Below are positions 52,701-63,382 of a stretch of DNA of 64,000 nucleotides, one piece after another; the stretch's first letter is position 1; every line of letters begins with the position of its first letter. Under the pieces are notes generated by a model. That model was not told the origin of the DNA. It ran no database searches and worked only from the letters and a program-made list of their open reading frames with translations. Source of the stretch: Tubulanus polymorphus (lineage: Eukaryota; Animalia; Nemertea). Location of the stretch: NCBI RefSeq assembly GCF_964204645.1, contig NC_134033.1, positions 8,006,655 through 8,070,654 of the forward strand, in the 5' to 3' direction. The position numbers were made by a program, and so were the translations under genes.

Positions 52701-55700
52701 CGGAGGTGATAAAACCAAAATATTGAATTGTCGCGTGGGACAAAACCAAAATATTGAATTGTCGCGGGCGACAAAACCAAACTGATGAATTGTCGCGGGC
52801 GATAAAACCAAAATAATGAATTGTCGCGGGCGATAAAACCAAAATAATGGATTGTCGCTGGTGATAAAACCAAAATATTGAATTGTCGCAGACGATAAAA
52901 CCAAAATATTGAAGTGTCGCAGGCGATAAAACCGCGACAAAAAAAAAAATTGTCGCGGGCGATAAAACCAAAATAATGAATTGTCGGGTGCGACAACACC
53001 AAAATAATGAATTGTCGCGGGCGATAAAACCAAAATAATGAATTGTCGCGGGCGATAAAACCAAAATAATGAATTGTCGCGGGCGACAAAACCAAAATTA
53101 TTGTTTTGTCGCGTTATTTTAGTTTTGTCGTTTTGTCATAATGTCGCCCTCATTTGCATATACGTGTTTTTTTTACGCATGGCCCTTATCAGCCACCATA
53201 CTAAAGCCTTAAGGTCGCGTAAAACTCGATAAACACTTCAAGCGACACAGCGAACGATCTCCTTTCCCCAACAGCGAACGCTTAACCTAGTAGAGGCTAC
53301 TAGCCTATGTAGGCCTATGTAAATGCGTAGGCCTAACATCCGGACAGATTGGTCGTAGGTAGGCCTATTGAATAACAACCCACCTAAATATCGTAAATTT
53401 TGTTTTGAAGTTCAATCCAATGAGTCCGTTGATAAACGCAACAATTATACTGTGTTTGTTTGAGACAGTAAAGCTCAGTACCGGTAGGCCTAAAGCCGCA
53501 TCAAACTCGATAAACACTTCAATCAAGCGACACAGCGAACGATCCCTTTCCCCCACAGCGAACGCTTACTCCGAATGTCAATTGTGAGTCCAGCATACGG
53601 AAAGGATTGTGTTATATACTTGTATTTAGTAAATACCTTGTGCATTTGACAATGATCGGTATGTACTGTAGGAAATATAGAGTATTGATGGCATTGATTT
53701 AGAGGTTGAAGCCCGCGGCTGAATAAAGTAATATATTCTTTTATTTTGATACCTCGTCGACATAACAGCTTTTCTCCACTATATCTCTTCGGCGTGTTTC
53801 GTTTCATCTTCACCCGTCAAGGGATTCGAACCCACTACGCTAAAGCTGTTCGCCGAACCCCTTGACCTCACGAGTCGGAGTCGTTGGAGTCGTTACTAGC
53901 CGACCAGAATCCGGTCGTACCAATCACAGCGCTTGTAACAAACGACTTTAGGCTTCTATTGGTTTTCCCATTTAATGGACCAATCAGCGAATGTTTTACT
54001 GAACAAGGAAGTATTTCGCAAATCGATATATGACGTCACGCGCAACAGCACTAGTAATGAAATCACGCTTCGTGAGGCCTGGGGGCTGGTGGAAGCGAGT
54101 TCGGGGGTGTGATACCGGACCCCTGGCAAGCGAGGATGGTTTCGTTTAGGCCTACGACTCCCCGGTACACTTATGATTTATCTTAGTAAATACACGGTTA
54201 ATTTGATAAAGAAAAATAGGTATTGCTAAACTAACTGCATGACGCCCGCAGCCAAATCACTGGTAGTAATAAATTAATTTGTATTCGATTTGATTCCCAT
54301 GATGAGGTGAAACTCGCAGCTGATCCCCGGAACGACGATGTAGTGACACACGTCGATTCGTCGATGTTTACGGCTCGACAGTGCTTTTAAAATCTAAAGT
54401 AGTAAATTTCCTGTATATCGGTAATACGATTTGATGAGGAAAATGGGCTATTGTTAAAATTAGTTTTTAAAAACCGCGACAGAATGTGCAATCTTTGGGC
54501 AATAAATTTGTTAATTTATGCTTGAATTGATAATCGATGTGACAAGAAACGTGTGGTAGATTTCGGAAAGAGGACTTAGAAAAACATGTCGGCTCTTTGA
54601 ATGGGACTCAATTTTCGACAGTGCTTTTGTAACGATGATTCTTCGAAATACGCACGGGGTATTTGTAGATCGAAGTGAGCTGAATGATATCAGACGGATT
54701 GTATCGACAACAGCGTCAAGGTAACAAAGCCTTTGTTCTTTTAGTAAAAATAGTGTGGAAGAAAATAATAATAATAATAATCACGCGGATATCAATAGGG
54801 TTTTCTGTGAAATAACAGAAAACCCTAATAATAGAATTGGTAATACCATGCTATCATATAACTTTAAACTAACATCAACGTCGAGCGAATATTCGCTAAC
54901 CTTTTTTAAAACAGAGAACATAGCCCGCTGCGCTTGGTTTGCTAACGCTTTTCGGCACTGAGCAAAAGACCCGGTATGGGAGAATAGTATACCCAAATAC
55001 TTATAGTTATATACTAACTCCAACACTCGACCGTTTATATTAAACTCCGGAGGGTATCAGAGTCTTCGTTTCGAGAACATCATTACTTTTGTTTTTTCGC
55101 AATTTATTTGTAACTTCCATTCTTTACAATAAACATGCAGGTTGTCAATCAATTTCTGAAGTCCCTGTGGACTCTCGCTCATAAGTACTGTATCGTCTGC
55201 GTACATAAGGATCATCAATTTGACCCATGCATCATTACGCATGCGCAGATTTAGGGAGGGACAATTTTGAGCATCTAAATAGCCTTCCAGTTCATTTAAA
55301 TATATTGAAAAGAGCACGGGGGACAAATTTTCTCCCTGTCTGAATTTCATAAAACTTTCAAAGGCATCTGTTTTACTATCATTAGAAAATACACATGACT
55401 TGATGCCCTGGTACATGCTTTATATTACATTTAGAACTTTGCCCGTAACACCACTATTGATCATCTTATGCCACAAAGCCTTTCTCCATATGCTATCAAA
55501 GGCACGTTTGTAATCTACAAAAATGCGGTAAAGCTTGCGATTACTATTCAAAAACATATCCACAAATGACTTAAGGGAGTATATATGGTCCAGAATGCCG
55601 TGTTCATGTACATGCATCATTTCCCTACAATGCGTCAAGGTAATTACCAGCCAATAAAGTTAGCAATCATAATCAGGTCGACTCAAGTACCACAGTTACA

Positions 55701-55993
55701 CCGTACTGTAGGTTAGATGCAATGTAGGCTAGTCCTATGTCCATTATATGCTGCACTTTGGTGATACTATCATGTTTTCTCAAAAAACAGAAGGTGGGAA
55801 ACTGTCAGTATTGAGAAGGTTACCCAGACGGTTTCAAGTGAAATGAGGGACTGAGCAGATGTACAAAATATTTTTGGTTTTTACCTGAATATCTAATGTA
55901 ACATCTACAGGATTGTGACATCTGTTTATTACGCCCGTTATCTGCACCGGATACTGATTATTAATCTTATAATCGCAGGAAGAGACATAATTC
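46761..55993 (-). CDS. 3' part of an unidentified single-pass (type I) membrane protein gene, 4 exons
   Basis: GT-AG exons 55993-55885 (NYVSSCDYKINNQYPVQITGVINRCHNPVDVTLDIQ), 50210-50076 (STTSSIDWTHTFINQHEILVIHGFPHEVKIYVVLLKLTHDILHIK), 49136-49049 (AEFHVESSPGPYFIDSNVTISSSYSCSPM) and 47224-46761 (TM TLAVFVVILIALITVVPLIVWW, RRRQ stop-transfer, basic/Ser-rich tail ending YEIC*). All phases are compatible. The 5' exons were not identified. Confidence 0.8.
50285..50580 (+). pseudogene. Degraded CR1-type RT fragment
   Basis: VDFDEAFDKA..LLNRL and SGVTQGSILSCLLFNVLTND. Confidence 0.65.
50575..51120. repeat. Low-complexity ttcgaacgaaaa-rich repeat (MITE interior)
   Basis: Many degenerate (g)ttcga(a/c)c(g/a)aaaa units. 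Confidence 0.6.
51341..51988. mobile_element. MITE with tacggaagcgataaggg TIRs (51583-51988) plus an adjacent inverted partial copy (51341-51488)
   Basis: aagatgaggacg..tgacgactgagtttcaagtc is inverted at 51760-51805; gccctttatcgcttccgta occurs at 51467 and 51970. Confidence 0.7.
52075..53110. repeat. 31-bp minisatellite (~33 copies) with palindromic core ttgtcgc-gg-gcga(c/t)aa, ending in a MITE-like terminus at ~53200
   Basis: Unit aattgtcgcgggcgataaaaccaaaataatg. It explains the overlapping repetitive ORFs at 52099-53095. Confidence 0.95.
53805..54068. repeat. Interspersed repeat with a B-box, CCAAT boxes and TGACGTCA; second copy at ~60290-60500
   Basis: Shared cgtcaagggattcgaacccacta..ccaatcacagcgcttgtaacaaac..ccaatcagcgaa..ggaagtatt..tgacgtca..agtaatgaaatc. 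Confidence 0.75.
54830..55600 (-). pseudogene. CR1/L2-group LINE RT fragment (same clade as 1-3530)
   Basis: DHIYSLK..FVDYKRAFDSIWR, RQGENLSPVLFSIYLN, LMYADDTVL, YKYLG. Frameshifted. The 3' side is cut by a HINE-type hairpin end at ~54765-54830. Confidence 0.88.
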
Positions 55994-57036
55994 CTGAAAT
56001 CACAGTCGCTATCTGAAAAAAATGTTTACACAATAACTATGATTATGACGAGTTATTTTCAATTATTGTTTATTTTTTGGGTTCCCGAGGCTTTATATAG
56101 GGTTGCTGATGTTTTTGACTTACTTGCGCAACAAACGTCTAATGCCTGGTTTAGCAATAAGAGCATAATTCCTAAAACCACATTCTGCAACATCAGCAAC
56201 ATTTTTACTGCTTCCAGTCAATCGATAGATTTTCAAATCCCATTTACGACAACCTTCATAATTCAGAATCAGTTCACGAAATGGCATTCAATCAATTAAC
56301 AAATTCTGCTATCGAAGATTTGAAGCACGATGATTAGTTCTGGAATTCAGCTCAATTGAACCAAATCGGTGCTGAATAGTTCTGCCGCGGTGTCTCTGTA
56401 ACATAAAATCATCCCTGGTATATTACCACATCAGTCTCAAGTGATATTTAAGAGGCGATGTGTATGGTACATCCTAACAACAAAATCCCAATTTTTTGCC
56501 TTCAGGTAGGCCCTATACCCTTTTCAACTTTTTTCATACCTCTTAAGCAAAAGAATACTAAAGGTGAACCCATTACCAAACTCTTTCATATTAATGTTGT
56601 TAAAAGCTTTAACCGCTGGAGGCCTATTTGCTGTTTAGCCTAGTCTAATTGCCTATCTGCTTTTGGATTCAACATGCTAAATAAAAATGGTTGGTGTTTT
56701 CCACTGGAACAATGCTAAGTTATTCTGCTACAATCACAGAAACTGTCATGTGCTATGAGTACAGCTACGATCTGTGCAGAGGTATCACTAGAAATAGACA
56801 AATTGTATATGCCTATTGGTAATTCAATATCCAACTACTGGTGGCCAAACAAATAACTGGGTGATCCCAATTCCATATGTACCGTAAGGAGATCTATCCT
56901 TTGATAGCACTGAAAATTGTTAAATCTTGGACTATAAGTTTAATGCTGTTGATATTTACCTTAAAAACCATCTCCAATCTACGAATGAGGACTGAAGATA
57001 CTAAGATGGCTGCTGAGCGTGTGACAATTGATTGAT

Positions 57037-59455
57037 AACTAGGGGTCCAGGGACACTATGCCAACTTGAGAAGTGGTTTCAGATGCTCAACAATTTCAAT
57101 ATTCAACGCCCCATCCAATGACCTCGAAAAAATCCAATGACCTTGAAACTCACCACAATTATAGAACATGTCAGCAACTACAATTTTGTAATTGATTGTG
57201 GTAACAAAATATGCCTAGTTACCAAAATGATATGGAAATACTAAGTTATTCTACTATTCAACGCCCCCTGGTGACCATATGCAAAGCCCAATGACCTTGA
57301 AACTCACCATAGTCATAGAACATATCATGAGCTACAACTTTGCAATTGATCATGGTGGCAAAATATGCCTAGGTACCAATATGATAAGGAAATACAAAGT
57401 TATTCTACTTCAACGCCCCCTAGTGACCATAATAGAATAACCAATGACCTTGAAACTCACCACAATCATAGACCATGTCATGAGCTCCAACTTTCCAATT
57501 GATTGTGGTAACAAAATATGCATAGGTACGAATACAATATAGAAATACTAAGTTAGGCCTATTGTATTGTTCAAGGCCCCCTGTTGGTCATATACAAAAA
57601 CCAATGACCTTGAAACTCGCCACGATCATAAACTATGTCAAGAGCTACAACTTTCCAATTGATTAATGTAACAAAATATACTTACGCATCAATATAACGT
57701 GGAAAAACTTTTTTCCACCTACGAATGAGTACTGATGACACCAAGATGGCCGCCAATTGCGTCATAATTGCCTGACCAAGAAATACCTGTCTCGGGTATA
57801 AAGATCCCATTCCAAAGAGTACCCATCAGCAATTGCAATGAAAAATGGCAAACCATTAGGAAGCTACAGGACTCAGAATTCAGGCCAAAATTGACATTTT
57901 TGGGCACAAAAAAGATTACAGAACGGCCATCTCGAGTACAATTGACCCAATTTTTCTTAAGCTGATGGGCCCTTGGGAGATACAAATAGCCTATATACGA
58001 AAGATCAAGGTAATTGATAAAAGCGTCTTCAAAATTTCCCTCAATAACTTCAACAAGAGCCCCAAGGGGCACTATGGCCACCCTGTCAGCTTTTCATAAA
58101 ATGGCAAATGATGCATTCTGTGGTTGAATTTGTCCTAATACACTCCCAGCTCATTAACTTAGTCAATCCCAGGCTAATATCGTGTTTTCATAAGTAGCAC
58201 AGACCATAGAACTCAAATCAATGGAACGCCAACTCACACGAGACTTCAATGTAGTCAATACTGTGAGCATTTTTTTGATTTGATTTTTTGATCTATGCAC
58301 AGACATTGACTGGAGTTGGCAGGAACAAATACCTCAGATAAATCTGTTCCCTTGGTCGTATTGAGTTGAATGTGGAATAGAATTGAATTTCCTAAAATTT
58401 GCTCAATAAAACAAAATTGAATTTGATTTGCTATTTTACCTTGTTCAATAAAGTAAAATTGAATTGGATTTGATATTTTTTGCAGAACAAGAGCCCCAAG
58501 GGGCACAATGGCCAGCCTGTCAGATTTGCTTTTTATAAATGATGTAATCTGTTGGTTATATTTATCAATATACACTCCCTGCTCAATATCATTTACATAG
58601 TAAAATCGTGTGTTAACACAGACAGCAGGAACGAATGTAATATAGAAATACGAAGTTATTGTATTGTTCAACGCCCCCTGGTGGCCATATACAAAAACCA
58701 ATGAGCTTGAAACTCACCAAGATCATAGACCATGTCATGAGCTACAACTTTCCAATTGATTGTGGTAGCAAAATATGCATAGGTACGAATGTAATATAGA
58801 AATACTAAGTTATTGTATTGTTCAACGCCCCCTGGTGGCCATAAACAAAAAACCAATGAGCTTGAAACTCACCTCGATCATAGAACGTCATGAGCTACAA
58901 CTTTCCAATTGATTATAGTAGCAAAATATGCTTAAGTATCAATTATGATGTGGAAAAACTTTTTTCCACCTACGAATGAGTACTGATGACTCCAAGATGG
59001 CCGCCAAGTGCGTCGTAATTGCCTGGTCAAAAATACCCTCTCGGATATAAAAGATCCCTTTCCAAAGAATACCCATTACAAATTGCAATGAAACATGGCA
59101 CACCATTAGAAAGCTACAGTACTCAGAATTCAGGCCAAAATTGACATTTTTGGGAACAAAAAAGGTCACAGTACAGCCATCTTGAGTCCGATCGACCCAA
59201 TTTTTCTCATGCCGATGGGCCCACGGGGGAAACAAATATATAGGAATTATCAAGGTTATTGATAAAAGTGTCTTCAAAATTTCCCTCGAAAACTTCAAAA
59301 ATGTGTAAAAAGTGCTGATTTTGGCGAACAACAATGGCTGCCAGTCGGCCATCTTGAATCTGACAGGGCCAGTTTTTGGCCTGAAGATGTGTCTAGGGTA
59401 GATACACGTATAAACCAAATATCAAGACATTACCTTGAAGCCTCTTCAAAACTTT
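57037..59455 (-). mobile_element. Compound HINE-like array (two copies of the 35415-36590 family, with nested aacaagagcccc..ggggcac ends at ~58051 and ~58487)
   Basis: aactaggggtccagggacac end, ~154-bp tandem units, and duplicated blocks 57700-58050 and 58950-59300. Confidence 0.8.
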
Positions 59456-59569
59456 GGAACTCTCACGAACTATCTAGATGGTTATCTCTCGACCTCAATA
59501 GCTTCAAGACCCATCTCAAAACAACTTTGTTCCATGCAGCATACCATTAACTCTCGGAAAGCGAATTGT

Positions 59570-61352
59570 ATTTAACATTTTTTTGGCAGAATAAAATTTG
59601 ATTGAATTTGCAATATGGGCACATGGCTAATTAGCATATCAAGGTCATACACCCGATTTGGTAAAACCATTTTTTTCGCGAACCTTGCGCAATTGTCAAG
59701 GATGAATTTTCTGTAAAGCAAATAAAAATTCCTCCCAAACACCAAATCAACTAAAGATTTCATAGAAATCGATCTTGAAATACAATTTTAAATCTTAAAA
59801 TAAAACCCGGAAGTAAAACAGTAGACGATACCGCGGGTTCACGTGAACACCTGATTTCTGTAAACGAAATGTTGGTTGTGACAAAATTGTTCAGACGGTT
59901 TTAGGTGGTAATAAGTACGGAAACGTAACGACCATGGTCGACTTATTCGATGAAATCAGGCCTATGTGATATCCAAATTTTGACTTTTTTATTCTCCAGA
60001 CCTCCCTGATATAGAAATAAAAAATTTTGGTGGTATGAAAGTTCAATCACAGCGCCGACGGGGACAGAGCCGTGTCAGAGATCGGCGGAATGAAAATTGA
60101 GGTGGACGAACACGAAGAAGTAATCATGCAATGGGTTTTCACAATCTACCGCTGGTATTTACCGGATTTCAATATCACTCCAAAATTCAAAGAAACCTCG
60201 AAATATCGAACCGGAACACTTCCGGTAGATATCCGCGGCTGCCCAACCGGGAAACTTATTTGTTTCAATAGATATTGATAGGATCCATCATCTTCACGCG
60301 TCAAGGGATTCGAACCCACTAAGCTAAAGCCATGCCAGAATCGGGTCGGGCCAATCACAGCGCTTGTAACAAACCACATTAGGCTTCTGTGGAATTTCCC
60401 AGTAAATGGGCCAATCAGCGAACACGTAGCGAACGCGGAAGTATTGTCGCGTGTTGATACATGACGTCATGCGCAAAAGCGCCAGTAATGAAATCGCGAT
60501 AATTCACGTGAACAGCTGCTGATATTTTCAGATAAACCAATCACAGGGAAGACACAACTTCCTGATTGGCTGATAAAAATTGAAATTTTCCCGATTTAAC
60601 TTTCGTGAAAAATGCAGAAAACATTTTTATGAGACCCTATTCCAAAATTCTGCTCGCTACGATTCCGAGAATGGATTACGCTTAAATACGTGATTTGTTC
60701 GAATATGCCCTCACTTGGCAAGCAAAAGAGCCTTTTGTGTGGAAACCATGTCATTTAAATTCGCTCCATTTGTATAGTAATAGGCTCAGCCTACGGCTGG
60801 CCTAATAAAACTTGATTGAATTTGCAATTTGAGCACATGGCTAATTAGCATATCAAGGCCATCCATCGATTTGAGAAAAAGCTATTTTTCCCGGACTTTG
60901 CACATTTGTCATTGATATTTTCCATAGTGCAAATAAAAATATTCCTCCCAAAAACCAAATCAACTGAAGATTTCACAGAAATCGATATTGAAATACAGTT
61001 TTAGATCTTAAAATAAAACCCAGAAGTAAAACAGTAGACGATACCGCGGGTTCACGTGAACACCTGCTGATCTCTGCTGCTTAGCCAATCATAGAGGAGT
61101 CTTTGCTTTCCGATTGGCTTTTTAATACAGATACTTTTGCGATAAGATATTCGCGAAAAACCTCATATATATTTTAAGGAGACCCTCTTTCAAAATTCAG
61201 CTTCATAGGGGATGGAGAATGGATAATGCTCTTATGAATGATTTGTATGAATTTATGCTCAGTTGCACAGTAAAATAGCCTTTACTCTGGAAACCATGTC
61301 ATTTAAATTCGCTCTATTTGTATAGTAATAGGCTCAGCCTACGGCTGGCCTA
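59570..61352. repeat. Tandem duplication of a ~550-bp HINE-like unit ending in hairpin aggctcagcctacggctggcct; first copy interrupted
   Basis: 59600-59853 matches 60812-61065, and 60503-60803 matches 61051-61352. Confidence 0.75.
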
Positions 61353-62391
61353 AAAATGTGTAAAAAGTGCTGATTTTGGCGAACAACGATGGCTGCCAGT
61401 CGGCCATCTTGAATCTTACAGGGCCAGTTTTTGGGCTGAAGATGTGTCTACTGTCTAATAGCCTATTCAAAGTCCCTTCCAAAATACCAATCACAAATTT
61501 CAATGAAAAAATTACAAACCATTAGGAAGTGACAGGTCTTGGAATTCAGGTCGAAAATTACCTTGTTGGACACAAAAAGGGTCAAAGGTCAGGACAGCCA
61601 TCTTGAGTCCAATTCTATTTGGGCTGATGGCCTCTGGGGGCAACATATATAAATGATTATCGACTAAGACGTTTTCTTGAACACTTCAAAATGTGATGAT
61701 TTAGGCAAATGACAATGGCCGTCAGCCGGACATGGATTCTGTCTGACAGACAGATGAACGACAGACAGATGAGCGACAGACGAAAAGTGAATGCAATTAG
61801 CCCGCTTGGACTGTGTCCCAAGTGCACTCAAAATCAGACGAATATCTCATAAGACAACAATTGGTAAATTACCCACAATTCAAAATTACTCTCGAAAATT
61901 TCACTGGAAAATTACTTTCATATTCCCGACTGATTTGTGAAATAGGCCTATCTGGTAGGCCTAGTGCACTAAACCATATAGGGTAACTCACTGTAATTTT
62001 ATAAATGGCTTCTGTACTTACATGGAGTTACCCTTAGACTAGACTGATAACTGACAAAAAAAGTCTTACCCAAGCTAGCGTTGGCAAATACTACTGGCTC
62101 TGGTCTGCTGCCTAGAGACTAGGGCCTATTAAGCCTACTATATTCTAGGCTAGATGAGTTAAGTAATTCTCTCTTGTTTTGATGAAGACTCGTCGCTGTC
62201 ATTGATTGTGAATGAAATTCAACCATCATTCCTGGTCTACACGGTCCTTACTTCAGACCAGTCTGATTACATGATTGTCGACCTAGAAATAGTCAATACG
62301 ATATCATATCAAATCTAGCTAGGCCTATTCAGTATTCTGCTGCTATTTAAATTTGACTTGTATGTTCATGAATGATTGATGACAGATTCAT

Positions 62392-63382
62392 CACAAAAAA
62401 AGGATTTTGACCCCAGTATCCAAGGTACTATAAAAAGACAAGGGAGCCAACTCTCCGTCAGATCGGTCGATAGGTATGTCACTTCAACAGTTTGTAACTT
62501 CGTTATTAATAATCCAATCCGATTCAAGTAAGAATATTCTTAAAGATAATGAATTTCTGCGTTAGACTGGGTGGTTTGAGATAGATTTGAGTGCCTTTTT
62601 GAAAACAAACGGTGCTTTCGACCAGTAATTCTGAACCGACGAGGCTTTGAGCGTCTATTTCACCCCTTAAAACACCATCAACTTACCTCAAACTGACTGT
62701 TCTGTAATCAGATGGAAGTTAACTATTGTTTGTGCATAAATTTGTAATCCTGAGTAGCTTTTGACGATTGTAGTAGCTCAAAACTTTTGAATAGTCGCCT
62801 CAAAAAACAGTTGAAGTGAAGCAACATAACAAATATGGCGGCTTTTCGTGGTGCATGATGGGAGTGTAAATTACGGATTCGAACTTAAACTTGGTGCCAA
62901 TGCAGATATTATTCTTGTTTCAAATTATTAAGGTTAAAATTGACCAAAATTTATGCGTTTTATCAAAAATAACATTTAGAGTAATTTTAGAGAGACATAT
63001 TGAATTTTCACATTTTATTAATTTAGTCCGTATTGGAAATCCCGATAGTGGCAATCAATTCAATTCAAATCAAATAAATAAATTCATCGGTTCGCGATTT
63101 AAATCATCAAAAAATATATTATAAAACACGTTTTCAAAGTCAACAAGGTAACTAATTTATTTATTTTAGTACAAAGGTTTGATTTGACACTAAAATCAGT
63201 TGATGCATTGCAATTAACAGAAGTTAACCTCTATATGATAGTTTAGCGTCAGACGTTGTACGGAACCGTCGTAGTAACAACGACTGGTATTCAGACTAAC
63301 CTATCGACTGTTGGCTCCCTTGTGTTTGTATATATAGTACCTCGGATACTGGGTCAAAATCCTTTTTTGTCAAGTCCCTGTG
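62392..63382. mobile_element. Non-autonomous DNA transposon, CAC...GTG ends, 8-bp TSD AGATTCAT (P- or hAT-like)
   Basis: AGATTCAT at 62384-62391 and 63383-63390. TIR aaaaaaggattttgacc(c)cagtatcc.aggtactata; the left TIR has a small internal deletion. Confidence 0.82.

Noticed and set aside
52075-53110. CRISPR-like array of palindromic repeats, and long overlapping ORFs
   Set aside because: Units are head-to-tail with no unique spacers and no cas genes, in a eukaryotic context. The ORFs are artefacts of a 31-bp repeat that lacks stops on one strand.
54230-54385. Minus-strand GPI-signal-like exon (HCRAVNIDESTC...LLLPVIWLRASCS*)
   Set aside because: Poor acceptor (ttttaaaag), and a similar motif recurs at ~54615 in a broken frame, suggesting repeat-derived sequence.
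57719-59418. ORFs of 100-160 aa (also 33038-33355 and 35618-35920)
   Set aside because: They lie within HINE-like repeat copies, and frames are not conserved between copies.
62180-62318. Short plus-strand frame with a faint cadherin-like look
   Set aside because: No splice sites or start codon, and canonical cadherin motifs are absent.
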